Positions 20,735-30,325 of a stretch of DNA of 64,000 bases are shown in pieces. The notes under the pieces were generated by a model. That model ran no database searches and was not told the DNA's origin. It was given only the letters and a program-made list of their open reading frames with translations. This DNA is from a virus. A program made the translations under genes and the position numbers. Within the stretch, counting starts at the first letter, position 1. Each line of letters begins with the position of its first letter. The stretch is from the IMG/VR virus record IMGVR_UViG_3300047388_000107, positions 1 through 64,000 of that record, one strand, 5' to 3'.

Positions 20735-21309
20735 ACTTTTATCCTCCAGCCTGCACCTGAAAATTGACCTTTGGTAATCCCGGCGTTGTTAGTAACTTCG
20801 GTGTCTGCATACTTGGAATTGAATTGCCTGTTACGCGGGTCCAGACCAGCGTACATGTCATGCAGTCTCTGACGTTTCAGCTTGTCGTAGGCCCACGTAA
20901 TGCGAACATCGCGTTCCATCAGAATGGGCCGTCTGATTTTTCCTTCCTTGCTGACACCGGCAACCTTGCCTTCGAACAAGGCCAGCAAACGCGGATTGGT
21001 CGTTGGTTTCCAGTGATACCGCATGGCTTCTGCCAATTCTTGCACATCATCGTTGATGATGTGAAACGACAAATTTGAATATTTTTCTCGATCCGGAATG
21101 TAGAGCGGCAGAGGCCGGTCCAGCGTCAGGTTGGCAACGATATCCTTGATCTCCTGTTCGTCCGGAGTGTCTTGCAACGCAGCCATGGCGTCGCCAGCTT
21201 CTGGTGCTTCCGGAATATCTGCAGGCGGGTTCGGAACAAGGTTCTCGGGAAGGCCGGTGTTCATGCTTCCGGACGGAACGAACGGATTGAATGGCGGTGT
21301 TTCGGGCAT
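20731..21309 (-). CDS. Conserved head-module hypothetical protein
   Basis: 192 aa; FHIIND...W...ILME pattern. Confidence 0.7.
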   Translation of the reverse strand: MPETPPFNPFVPSGSMNTGLPENLVPNPPADIPEAPEAGDAMAALQDTPDEQEIKDIVANLTLDRPLPLYIPDREKYSNLSFHIINDDVQELAEAMRYHWKPTTNPRLLALFEGKVAGVSKEGKIRRPILMERDVRITWAYDKLKRQRLHDMYAGLDPRNRQFNSKYADTEVTNNAGITKGQFSGAGWRIKV

Positions 21310-21376
21310 CTAGCAACCTCGACAGATACTCGGTTTGTACGGCTCAGCTGGTGGCAACTCTTCTACTTGAGACTGC

Positions 21377-21589
21377 TTATCGAAAGGGATGTGGAACGCT
21401 TCCGCTCATGAAAGCAGTGATCGCGTAGATGATGATCAGAAGTAGGAAAATAAACCATATCCCCTGCACTAACCTCGCCGGGATCGGCGTGATGAAGGTA
21501 TTTACCCCGTAGATGATAAGCCAGATAACCCCGGCGAGGACAATTGCTCCGATCAAAAGCCAAAGTAATGCGACTGCGATTGCGGCCAT
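21377..21589 (-). CDS. Two-TM membrane protein, holin candidate
   Basis: Two hydrophobic helices immediately downstream of endolysin. Confidence 0.65.
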   Translation of the reverse strand: MAAIAVALLWLLIGAIVLAGVIWLIIYGVNTFITPIPARLVQGIWFIFLLLIIIYAITAFMSGSVPHPFR

Positions 21590-22296
21590 TATGTCACTAC
21601 CTTGCCGTTGATGCTGATGGTTACGTCACCGATGACCGTAATGTCGATTTGCGCGGGTACTGGTTTTGGCTTGGGCGGTTTGACCGATCCAGCCGGACTG
21701 ATCCACGCCAGCAGCTCGTCGTCGGTTCCGTCGAAACGATTGAGATCGACCAGACTGCCGTCGATGCCGTTGACTGTGCCGCTTTCCGAATACTGCCACA
21801 GCGCCCAATGGGAGTAGGTTTCAGTTGACCATGTTGGCGTGCCAGAGGTGTACTGTGCCAGCCACAGGTCGGTGTTTTTGGCCAGCAATTCGTCGTGGCT
21901 CGAAAGCTGTTCTTTCAGCAAATGCCCGCTATAGACCGTGATCTGCAAACCACGCGGATCGTCCAGCAGCGTTTGTACCGCTTCGTGCAAATCATCGAGG
22001 CTACAGCCATCTTCTTCGTAATCGATTACTACCCGCTCGCCCGGCACCGGGTCGATGGTTTTCAAATAAAAATCCATCTGGTTGCTTGCATTGCCGGGCT
22101 TGATCCAGTGATAGGTACAGCATTTGATCCCGGCCTTGATTGCGTTGCTGATATTTTTGGCGCGGTTCGGATCGACATAGCTCGAACCTTCGGTCGCCTT
22201 GTGGATCATGGCGATGACGCCAGCAGCACGAACTTCAGTGAAGTTGGGAAAATTTTGCCAATGACTGATATCGATGCATTTTACGACTTCACTCAT
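21589..22296 (-). CDS. GH25 muramidase endolysin
   Basis: IDISHWQ, HKATEG, IDYEE (DxE), LWLAQY, WQYS, VDLN. Confidence 0.95.
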   Translation of the reverse strand: MSEVVKCIDISHWQNFPNFTEVRAAGVIAMIHKATEGSSYVDPNRAKNISNAIKAGIKCCTYHWIKPGNASNQMDFYLKTIDPVPGERVVIDYEEDGCSLDDLHEAVQTLLDDPRGLQITVYSGHLLKEQLSSHDELLAKNTDLWLAQYTSGTPTWSTETYSHWALWQYSESGTVNGIDGSLVDLNRFDGTDDELLAWISPAGSVKPPKPKPVPAQIDITVIGDVTISINGKVVT

Positions 22297-22526
22297 TTGC
22301 CTGCATCCTCCAGTAGTTTCTGCACATCATCGCAGTGTTCAGGCACGGTGATAATTTTACCATCGGTCAGGCTGATGATGCAGCGCACGTCATCGGTGTA
22401 GAACTTGTTCGGTTGGTCGTCTTTAGCCGCTCTCAAGCTAGTGACTTGCTTTGGATTAATGACAACCTCATGCCCGTCAAGAGTGTGCAGCACGATCAGG
22501 CGCAGCACGATTTCCACAACGGTCAT
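22293..22526 (-). CDS. FlbD/SwrD-like small protein
   Basis: LHTLDGHEVVINP..V....I.LTDGK.I.V.E..DDV resembles FlbD family. Confidence 0.5.
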   Translation of the reverse strand: MTVVEIVLRLIVLHTLDGHEVVINPKQVTSLRAAKDDQPNKFYTDDVRCIISLTDGKIITVPEHCDDVQKLLEDAGK

Positions 22527-23155
22527 TTCTTGCCCTTCGTCCTTTGATCTGCTGCATAGGCCGTGCTTAACGCAGTCTCGATATACTTCTGACGTTGTTC
22601 CTTGGTAGCATTGCGCGTGAACTTGTCGGCTGAAGCCCTGATGATATCAGCAGTTTCTTTCGGTGCATCCGACAGCTTCAACCATGGTCCGCTGGATGAC
22701 CGGCGTGGGATCGCGCGTGCTGCATTGTCGGATGGCGCATCAGTCTTTTTGCGCGCAGCTTTCTTGGGTTCAGCTTCCGGATCGTCGTTTGCTTCTTCTT
22801 CTTCTTCTTCATCTTTGGGATTGAACTCGTCTTCAACGGCTTTGATAAGTTCATCCGCAAATTCTTCTGCGCTCTTGAAAGCTGTCGGTTCCATGTTCTT
22901 GCCAAACTCCACTGCTTTGGCTGACCGGCGCGGGTCTACGCCAAACCACGGTGCTTTGGTTTTCAGAACATCGCGGATATCGGTATTGGTGAATGCCGGT
23001 GTGGTTTTCTTGGCTTCTGTGATCGCCAATTCCGAAAGTTGCCGCGTAGCATTTCTGGCGGCATTGATATCGCCAACCTGCACGGCGCTGTCGAGCGCAT
23101 GAACCAAGCTGTTTCGTTGCTGTTGGCGTATCAGGATTTCAACATCGTCAGCCAT
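22523..23155 (-). CDS. Putative capsid scaffolding protein
   Basis: Helical, PWFG.D motif, acidic tract; follows portal and GroES-like genes. Confidence 0.6.
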   Translation of the reverse strand: MADDVEILIRQQQRNSLVHALDSAVQVGDINAARNATRQLSELAITEAKKTTPAFTNTDIRDVLKTKAPWFGVDPRRSAKAVEFGKNMEPTAFKSAEEFADELIKAVEDEFNPKDEEEEEEANDDPEAEPKKAARKKTDAPSDNAARAIPRRSSSGPWLKLSDAPKETADIIRASADKFTRNATKEQRQKYIETALSTAYAADQRTKGKK

Positions 23156-23157
23156 GG

Positions 23158-23643
23158 CTAGCTCCCGTATACTACTCGCTCGCGAACACCGACATCGGGC
23201 TCAAGATCAGGCTGCCTCATGTTATGAAGATCGCCGTCAACAATTCCTTCGTCGGTCCATTCCAACGTAGCTGGATCAGGCATGTCTGCTGCTGGATAGA
23301 CTTTGATTACGTCGTTGAAAGTGGAGATATAGCGCCAGCCTCCAATCGTATTCAGGATACCTTTGCCAGCTTGAAAGAAAGTACCAGCGCCCCAGCGGAT
23401 CAGCACCCAATCGCCAATCTCGGCAGTCTGATCTGTAAATCCTTCCCGGCCCTTATAGGCAAATGCCAGCGGTCCTTTTTGCCGGATGATCCCGGCTTGT
23501 ACGCTGGATGAATTAATCTCGCGCGCGATATCGGGTATCCAAATGCTTCGTACTTTGCTTGGCGGATACGGAATTTGAATGGTGATGTAGTCGCGACACG
23601 GCGTACCTTTGTCATGCGGGATATCAAAGCCATATATACTCAA
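23158..23643 (-). CDS. GroES/Cpn10-like co-chaperonin
   Basis: P..D.I.I...IWIPD...G.I...GPLAF...IGDWV.....G. Confidence 0.7.
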   Translation of the reverse strand: MSIYGFDIPHDKGTPCRDYITIQIPYPPSKVRSIWIPDIAREINSSSVQAGIIRQKGPLAFAYKGREGFTDQTAEIGDWVLIRWGAGTFFQAGKGILNTIGGWRYISTFNDVIKVYPAADMPDPATLEWTDEGIVDGDLHNMRQPDLEPDVGVRERVVYGS

Positions 23644-25661
23644 GGTTGTGCTCCTATTGGTGCTCCTTGCGAAGCTCCTCCATTAACTGGTCTGGGGGCA
23701 GGTCCAACAATTGGCATACCCACTGGTAGGCTACCGCCTTGCCCTGCTGGATTTGGTCTACCGGGCGGCCCGATAGGAACTCCCCCATTAGCCGGTCCCG
23801 GCGTTGGTCCAAAACCTGCTTGAGGCGGTGCGTTAGGGGGTGTCCCAGCCATTCCGTCGCTTGGTGCTCCAAGACTACTGGCGTCATTGTTCAACTGCTC
23901 CATCGTCATCTCAAGCTGTCTGATTTTCATCTGCATCAAGTCAACATTACCGGGAGCTTGTGCTGCTTGTGACAGTGCCAGTATTGCTTGCGAGAATTGC
24001 AATGCTGCGCTTGCATTTGCCTTGATACGGTTGGTCCGTTCTTTTTCCAAATCCAGCATCATCTGGCTCTTTTCTAGTGGCGATGCTTCCGGTTTTGGCG
24101 GGGGTGGTGCAATCAGCTTGTCTGGATTTGGAAAGCGCATGGTCTGCGCAAAGCGAAGCGCGACTTCATGCGGATTGAATACCATTGGGAATTGCAACAT
24201 GTCATGATAGGCTTGCGCCGTGATACCGCGATGCAGTTCCGTCGCCATGTTCGGATCGGCAGTAATCTCGACAGGCGACTTGCCATCAATGCCGGGTGGC
24301 AAATGATCCGTAGCGTCAGCCATGCGGGCAAACGCACGTACCTCTTCCGTCATGCTGCCAATAATACGGCGATGAACCGCGCTGTGCTGTTGCGCGCCGT
24401 TGTCGATGATACCCTTGGCCAGCGTAGCAGTCATCGAAGCTGGCGCATTCTCCAGCAAGTTCAGGGTGCCAGCCAGACGGTCACCCATCGTCATCATCTT
24501 GTCGAGCGACTGAAACATTCCCGGCGTAACTTGCTTGCTGGGAAAAAACGAAATGACGTCGTTGATGGGACGACCGTCCGTATTGATCGACGTCAGACGA
24601 TTGCCTTTCATTTCGATCTTGTCGGGCAGACCGATGCCACCGGTTGCGGCAATGCCGCCGTTCTCGGATGCCAGCTTCGCAGTATCATCAATCGACGCCA
24701 GCAACCGGTCTGCAGTGTGTTCTGTCTTGCTGAGCAGCCAACCGAAACCGCGCGGAAAGAACGTGCCTTTGGCGTCCGGGATCATCTTGTAAGCGTAGTA
24801 GCGGCGAACCGGACGAAAAACTAAAAAGTCTTTGGTACTGACAATTGTTTTCTTGGTCCAGCGTGGAAGGCATTTAACGACGCAAGGTACGTCTCTAAGA
24901 TTTACAGTGACCGTGTATGGCTCTTCGTATTTATCATCGTCCATGTCCAGCCACATATCGATTTCGTAGAAATCATGTAGCTCTTGCGGATCGACATCAT
25001 CGAAGTTGGGTTCGTAGTCGATCCAGTGGCCCATTTCGATAGAGCGTTTAATCTCGTAGGGATACTTCTGGATTTTATGAGTAATGCGCGGCACGCGATC
25101 CAGCGACTTGGCGGTGTCGCTGATGATGACTTCGTTGACGTTGAGAAACGAACTGCGAAACTCACCCTCCTGCTCGTCAAACCAGCGCTTGCGCCAGCCC
25201 AGACCGGTCACACACATATGCAGGATCAAAGGGTCTGTATCGATCACCCAATCAGGATCGACAGTGCGTAGCTGTGAGCAAATCCAGTTGGCTAGAGCTT
25301 CGCCACCGGGTTCTGATGCCTTGACTAAATCCGGTTCTGAAAGCAGTGCGCCGACGATACGGGCGGTCGCTTGAATGCACGATGAGAGTGTCAGCGCCGT
25401 GGAAGGTATCGCGCTGTCTTCGCCACTACCAACCTGTTCGTTGTTCTGAGGCATTGATTGGTTGGCATCCTTGTCGATCTCGTCAAGGTAGCCGTTGGCT
25501 TTGCCAAGCCATTCCGCCATCGAGTTTTCGTCAAGTTTTACCAGTTCGATAACGTGGTCAGCGAGCGCGTGACATTCACTATCGTCAAGCCGTTCTGCAA
25601 GGTTGCCGATGTCTTCGGGTGCCTCCAGATCAAGCTTCAATTTAGGACTGTCGAACTGCAT
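23640..25661 (-). CDS. Portal protein
   Basis: 673 aa; GNLAE.LD, G.GWRK.WFD, PRITH, GFG.LL motifs of podovirus portals. Confidence 0.9.
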   Translation of the reverse strand: MQFDSPKLKLDLEAPEDIGNLAERLDDSECHALADHVIELVKLDENSMAEWLGKANGYLDEIDKDANQSMPQNNEQVGSGEDSAIPSTALTLSSCIQATARIVGALLSEPDLVKASEPGGEALANWICSQLRTVDPDWVIDTDPLILHMCVTGLGWRKRWFDEQEGEFRSSFLNVNEVIISDTAKSLDRVPRITHKIQKYPYEIKRSIEMGHWIDYEPNFDDVDPQELHDFYEIDMWLDMDDDKYEEPYTVTVNLRDVPCVVKCLPRWTKKTIVSTKDFLVFRPVRRYYAYKMIPDAKGTFFPRGFGWLLSKTEHTADRLLASIDDTAKLASENGGIAATGGIGLPDKIEMKGNRLTSINTDGRPINDVISFFPSKQVTPGMFQSLDKMMTMGDRLAGTLNLLENAPASMTATLAKGIIDNGAQQHSAVHRRIIGSMTEEVRAFARMADATDHLPPGIDGKSPVEITADPNMATELHRGITAQAYHDMLQFPMVFNPHEVALRFAQTMRFPNPDKLIAPPPPKPEASPLEKSQMMLDLEKERTNRIKANASAALQFSQAILALSQAAQAPGNVDLMQMKIRQLEMTMEQLNNDASSLGAPSDGMAGTPPNAPPQAGFGPTPGPANGGVPIGPPGRPNPAGQGGSLPVGMPIVGPAPRPVNGGASQGAPIGAQP
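23654..23887 (-). CDS. Small gene nested in alternative frame of portal 3' end
   Basis: GGAG upstream; EWLGHPLT...G amphipathic 77-aa product. Confidence 0.6.
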   Translation of the reverse strand: MTPVVLEHQATEWLGHPLTHRLKQVLDQRRDRLMGEFLSGRPVDQIQQGKAVAYQWVCQLLDLPPDQLMEELRKEHQ

Positions 25662-25679
25662 GGCGATCCTTCTGACCTA

Positions 25680-25706
25680 GTGTATACAATGTCAAGTACT
25701 ATTTTA
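25680..25706 (-). promoter_or_regulatory. Conserved motif TAAAATAGTACTT-GACA-TTGTATACAC upstream of portal
   Basis: Matches 7591-7613 with a 4-bp insertion that creates TTGACA. Confidence 0.6.
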
Positions 25707-25775
25707 CAGAACTGCTGAAAATATGGTAGTGGTACCTTACAAGCCCGTTTGGGCTGACCCCCGGAGAACGCCCAA

Positions 25776-26702
25776 ATGCAAGTGATCGACAGGAGTTTGC
25801 AGCCCTCACAGTATTGGCCCGGCCTTCATGCCTTGTTCGGCATGGACTATGAGAGACTGGGTGCAATCTATACCAGCTTCTTCGATCAGAAAACTTCTGA
25901 AAAAGCATTCGAAGAATTCATGACGGAGCGCGCCGGTCTCGGCTTGGCAGTTCAGCAGCCAGAACTTGAACCGGTGCAATTCGATTTTCCCAACGAAGGC
26001 TATCGCACGCAGGTTACGCACGCCAGCTACGGACTTGGTGTTGCGATATCGCGCGAAGCCAAAGACGATAATCTCTATGAGGATGTTGCTTCGCGCATGA
26101 TGAAAGAGTTGGCGTACTCTGCGCGGCAGACCGAAGAGTACATCGCGCATGCCCCGCTACAAGTTGCTATTGATAACGTTAACGGCATTCGTGCTGACAA
26201 CGTACCTCTGGCTTCTGCTAGCCACCCCACCGCATCTGGTTTGCAGTCAAATCTCTTGGTTTCTGCCAACGTGTCGGAACTAGCATTTGAAAACGCAGTG
26301 ATCCAGATCGGCTACACCCGCAATGGTCGCGGCTTTCTCATTAACGTACTTCCGAAGTGCGTCATTCTTTCTCCGGAGAGCGGACCGGAAACCCGTCGCA
26401 TCTTGGGAAGCCCGCTGCAATGGAACGCGCAGACCAACAATATCAACGTGCTGCGCGCGACCGGCGCGCTGCCGGAAGTGATCGAGACGCCGTATCTGGT
26501 TTCGAAGGATGACTACTTCATCCAGACCAGCATTCAAAATCTGGATAACGGCGAGGGTTTTACGTTCTGGGAACGCTCCGGTCTCGAAACTCGCGAAGAC
26601 AGCAACTGGTCCAATCAGGCTTCGTTGATTGCGATCTGGTTCCGCTGCTCCGCGTCGATCATCGACTGGCGCTCCACCTACATGTCGCCGGGTGCTACTT
26701 GA
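25776..26702 (+). CDS. Major capsid protein (Mu gpT-like, HK97 fold)
   Basis: PGL.ALFG..Y, SEKAFEE, YGLG.AISREA.DDNLY, RQT.E, D.V.L.S.SHP, N.NVL. Confidence 0.92.
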   Translation: MQVIDRSLQPSQYWPGLHALFGMDYERLGAIYTSFFDQKTSEKAFEEFMTERAGLGLAVQQPELEPVQFDFPNEGYRTQVTHASYGLGVAISREAKDDNLYEDVASRMMKELAYSARQTEEYIAHAPLQVAIDNVNGIRADNVPLASASHPTASGLQSNLLVSANVSELAFENAVIQIGYTRNGRGFLINVLPKCVILSPESGPETRRILGSPLQWNAQTNNINVLRATGALPEVIETPYLVSKDDYFIQTSIQNLDNGEGFTFWERSGLETREDSNWSNQASLIAIWFRCSASIIDWRSTYMSPGAT

Positions 26703-26734
26703 CAGATGTGGTTCCGGTGTTTTAAAAACACCGA

Positions 26735-27397
26735 ATGAGTAGAAAACCTAAAGTTGAAATGTGCGTTGGAAATACTTTCAACGCACTGACTGCTATCCGG
26801 TTCTCGCGCATCCGTGAAAGTCGAATACTGTGGCTATTTAGCTGTGAATGTGGCCGTACTAAAGAACTAGAAGCGAGCCGAGTAGCAAACGGAATTACTA
26901 AATCATGCGGCTGTAGAACAGGTAAGCTGCCAAAACCTCCAACAGATGTTACTGGTCAAAAATGGGGTCAGCTAACTGCGTTATCATTCTCACACAGAAG
27001 TTCTAGTAAGAACGCTTTGCAATACTGGACTTTTAAGTGTGATTGTGGAGGTAAAACAACTGAACCCCTCTATAAAGTACGTAATGGCTACGTTGGTAGC
27101 TGTGGATGCGTAGGGAAACGCGGTCTTCGTGAACGTGCGCGAGACTTAAAACGAGCTTATGATCTGTCAAACAATCAGTTAGATGATTTTTTAATTCGTC
27201 TTGAAGGTAGCTGTGAAATATGTGGTAGCAAGTGTGCGCAAAGTAAACGTTTATCTGTAGATCACTGTCACCGTACCAAAACTATTCGCGGAGCTATTTG
27301 TCAAAACTGTAATCGCTTATTGGGTTTAGCAAAAGATAGCTCTTTCTTGTTACGGTCTGCTGCTACCTACTTAGAACGGTACGAACATGCATCATGA
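26735..27397 (+). CDS. Homing-type endonuclease: two CxCG...SCGC repeats plus endonuclease VII domain
   Basis: CEICG...LSVDHCH....RG.IC..CN..LG..KD; AT-rich codon usage unlike flanks. Confidence 0.88.
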   Translation: MSRKPKVEMCVGNTFNALTAIRFSRIRESRILWLFSCECGRTKELEASRVANGITKSCGCRTGKLPKPPTDVTGQKWGQLTALSFSHRSSSKNALQYWTFKCDCGGKTTEPLYKVRNGYVGSCGCVGKRGLRERARDLKRAYDLSNNQLDDFLIRLEGSCEICGSKCAQSKRLSVDHCHRTKTIRGAICQNCNRLLGLAKDSSFLLRSAATYLERYEHAS

Positions 27398-27938
27398 TAA
27401 ACCACGCTTCCCAAGATTTGAGACGTGGGGATCGTGTTCTCGTTGTGGTTGTCGTGTCCGTTATAGCACTTTGGCCAGAGAACGGCTGACCGGATTGTTG
27501 GTCTGTACTATAACAAGTGGAAGGCCAGTCAGGCCATGTCTCGATCCGTGGCCGCCAGTCTATGATTTTCAAGTCACGCCGGACCGCTCGATAGAACCCC
27601 CGCCAGAGCCATTGCCAGCCCGCTGGGGACTGGATGAAATTTTTTCGGTAGCTTTCGGGATCAAAGCGGCTATCCACGATGCAGCACGGCTGCAAGCGCT
27701 GATGATCCCGCCGAATAATAATCGCAGTAGCGCCAGCTTCGTAGATTACCAGAGGGCGCTTAATCAAAATCAGGATCGTGCTACACTGCAATTCATCCGG
27801 CCATCCGACTATGATGGTACGTTCGTTCCTTCCAACTCAGTACGCACGGTCGAGCCGCCAGATGCAAATGATCAGCTTGAAGAGATAAAGTTTGATGCCG
27901 GATGGACGCCCCCGTGGACGGTCGTTAAAGGTGTCTGA
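27387..27938 (+). CDS. Conserved Cys-motif head-module protein
   Basis: CSRCG....L..E..TGLLVC...CLDP. Confidence 0.7.
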   Translation: MHHDKPRFPRFETWGSCSRCGCRVRYSTLARERLTGLLVCTITSGRPVRPCLDPWPPVYDFQVTPDRSIEPPPEPLPARWGLDEIFSVAFGIKAAIHDAARLQALMIPPNNNRSSASFVDYQRALNQNQDRATLQFIRPSDYDGTFVPSNSVRTVEPPDANDQLEEIKFDAGWTPPWTVVKGV

Positions 27939-27956
27939 TGACATGGACCAACAGCG

Positions 27957-28139
27957 ATGCACTACACCGTCATGCCTGCCATGCCTACGACGATTTCCGC
28001 GCACTTCGGAGGAAGCTGGGTGGTGATGGTGCGCTCTGGCACAGCCTCTCGCACCATCTGCGTCACGCCGTTTTTCGCTCAAGCCATGAGGTGGACGACC
28101 GCCGGGTACGGATCAAAACTGTGCGCCGTTCCCATGTAG
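27957..28139 (+). CDS. Hypothetical protein
   Basis: Fills gap; competing frame 27938-28156 possible. Confidence 0.35.
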   Translation: MHYTVMPAMPTTISAHFGGSWVVMVRSGTASRTICVTPFFAQAMRWTTAGYGSKLCAVPM

Positions 28140-28152
28140 GGGATCAGCACAA

Positions 28153-28836
28153 ATGACCACCGCAGCCGCCGTCATCGAAAATGCATTGCACTTGTACGGC
28201 ATACTCGATCAAACCGAGCATGCAGACCCTGTGGACATCGCCAACAACGTCATCGTGCTGAATGACATGCTTCGCAGCGAACATGTTGACGGTGCTGCGC
28301 AGTATCTGATGGCACGAACCGTTGCAACGGTCCCTAACGGCAACACAGGTTCGATATATACGTTCGTGGTTGGTACTGCAAAACCTGAATATACTGTTCA
28401 AGTTGACGCGGTAGCGCTGCGAGCCATCTGGTGCAACGATATCAGCCCTACCGTCAATCGCGAAACACGGCAAGCACCAATGGCTGACGTGGTACGCACG
28501 ACACACCCCGGCATTATTACTAAGTGGCATCAAGAACGTCAGATCGACGGGTCCGTTCTCGTTACAGCATGGCAGCCACCACGTACCAGCACCCGTTGTC
28601 TGATCGAATATGGCGGACGCATCAATGCGCTTACCGCAGAAGACGGCAGCGATACCGTCAACCTGCCGCCAGAAGGCATTCATGATATAACATTGATGCT
28701 GGGCAGGCGTATCTTCGGCACTTACGGACGTGGCGCGCAAGCGATCAGCGCGATACTTGCCGACAGTGAAACAGTAGATAAACGCTGGAAAGATTGGGCT
28801 CGTGGTCAACAATGGTTGCGTTTTGTCCGGAGTTGA
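28153..28836 (+). CDS. Head-tail adaptor (P22 gp4-like)
   Basis: MTTA..VI..AL...GIL...E.......LNDML; D.V.LP; position before gp10-like gene. Confidence 0.7.
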   Translation: MTTAAAVIENALHLYGILDQTEHADPVDIANNVIVLNDMLRSEHVDGAAQYLMARTVATVPNGNTGSIYTFVVGTAKPEYTVQVDAVALRAIWCNDISPTVNRETRQAPMADVVRTTHPGIITKWHQERQIDGSVLVTAWQPPRTSTRCLIEYGGRINALTAEDGSDTVNLPPEGIHDITLMLGRRIFGTYGRGAQAISAILADSETVDKRWKDWARGQQWLRFVRS

Positions 28837-28837
28837 G

Positions 28838-30325
28838 ATGCCAGCACTCGACATATTCGGTTCTTTCGCAGACCCGCTTAAGCAAGATCAGGGTGCAGCA
28901 AAGCTGTTGAACTGCCGGGTTATCGTTCGCAGGCAAGAAGAACAGAAGCTGGCAAAGACCCGTCTTGTTGGTTCTCCCGGCTTGACACAAATCAGCCATC
29001 CGACAACATCCCCATGCATTGTATTGTGCCATGCAGTCAACACGATCTGGTCCGGTCATGAAGATGGCAGCATTTACAGCGGCGTCGAAACCAACGCTCC
29101 GGTTCACCAAGGTTCTGTAGCGGTAGGCAACCCTCCAATTATTCGAATGGCAGAAGACCGCACTTGTCTGGCGATTGCTTCAAACAGCCCTCAGACCAAC
29201 AATCGTGGCGGTTCGGGATACACGGCTAGCATTGTGGCTCGTGCTGCCGTTCCGGCCCCACCCGGTGGCTTATCTACTCCTGCTTATCCTCCCGGCGTAA
29301 GCTTTGCCGATTTTCAAACATCTATTAATTTCGATCCTTCTTCGGTCTGCGTGCTGGATAACTACACGGTGTGGGCTGGCGCGTCCAACAGCTACGCCAA
29401 TCAATCTGACAAGATGTTTTCGTCTTATGCGCTAACACCGGGTGTCGTTGACGCCAATGCGTGGGCGACAGCTGAAGCCAGAGCAGATAGCGTACTGGAT
29501 GTAGTAACACTTGGTCGCATGTTCTGGCCGTTTGGTACCCGGTCTGTCGAGATGTGGTACGACCCCGGAGGGCAGGTTGATTTCAAGTTTACCAACTTCA
29601 CCAATTCGCTGGTTGAAGTTGGACTGGCAGCGCGTCGCACGCTGGCTAGCATGCATGGCAAAGCTCTGTGGGTCGGAACGGACCGCCGTGTATGGATGGG
29701 CGCAGGACAAAGCGCCCAGCCGGTATCGCCAAGTTGGGTCGATCTGCTGCTGCAGCAAATCGATCTTACCAATCTAACCAGCTATATGTACGCGCAAGGT
29801 GGTGACGAATTTTACATGTTGACCTTGGAAGGTGAGTGGTCAATCGAGATGGCTGTATCGACAATGACATGGGTTTATCGGCAAACTTCAGGTCGCGCGG
29901 ACCATGCCAGTCGATGCGCAGTGGAGCATGATGGTGGCATCTGCTACGTCGGTCTTGATACCGGTGAAATCTGTACACTGGACATGTCCACTGCCAGCGA
30001 ACCAGCGGGACAGTTACAGAGAACCATAACAACCATGTGGGTTGGTCTTCAGGAAGCGCGGAATGTCATCAACCAGATCGACGTTACCAGCTACATGGGA
30101 CCGGATGCTGGCACATTCACATTGGATTGGTCTGAAGATCGTCAGATAACTTGGAAAGGACGTCGCGAGATCACGTGGCCTGAGCCCGGCACCCGGCGTG
30201 CGATTGCCAGAGCAATGGGCACTTCACGCCGCAGGCAAGTGAGGCTGAACTACCAAGGTTCACAAGCACCGTTCGAGATGGATGAGTTTTTCGTAGTGGT
30301 GAGCGAAGAAGGTCAGATAGCCTGA
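28838..30325 (+). CDS. Tail hub / packaged-DNA stabilisation protein (P22 gp10-like)
   Basis: PGL, ATAEA..D, FG.RS.E.W, L.WS.D...TW, W....G.SR.R. Confidence 0.85.
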   Translation: MPALDIFGSFADPLKQDQGAAKLLNCRVIVRRQEEQKLAKTRLVGSPGLTQISHPTTSPCIVLCHAVNTIWSGHEDGSIYSGVETNAPVHQGSVAVGNPPIIRMAEDRTCLAIASNSPQTNNRGGSGYTASIVARAAVPAPPGGLSTPAYPPGVSFADFQTSINFDPSSVCVLDNYTVWAGASNSYANQSDKMFSSYALTPGVVDANAWATAEARADSVLDVVTLGRMFWPFGTRSVEMWYDPGGQVDFKFTNFTNSLVEVGLAARRTLASMHGKALWVGTDRRVWMGAGQSAQPVSPSWVDLLLQQIDLTNLTSYMYAQGGDEFYMLTLEGEWSIEMAVSTMTWVYRQTSGRADHASRCAVEHDGGICYVGLDTGEICTLDMSTASEPAGQLQRTITTMWVGLQEARNVINQIDVTSYMGPDAGTFTLDWSEDRQITWKGRREITWPEPGTRRAIARAMGTSRRRQVRLNYQGSQAPFEMDEFFVVVSEEGQIA

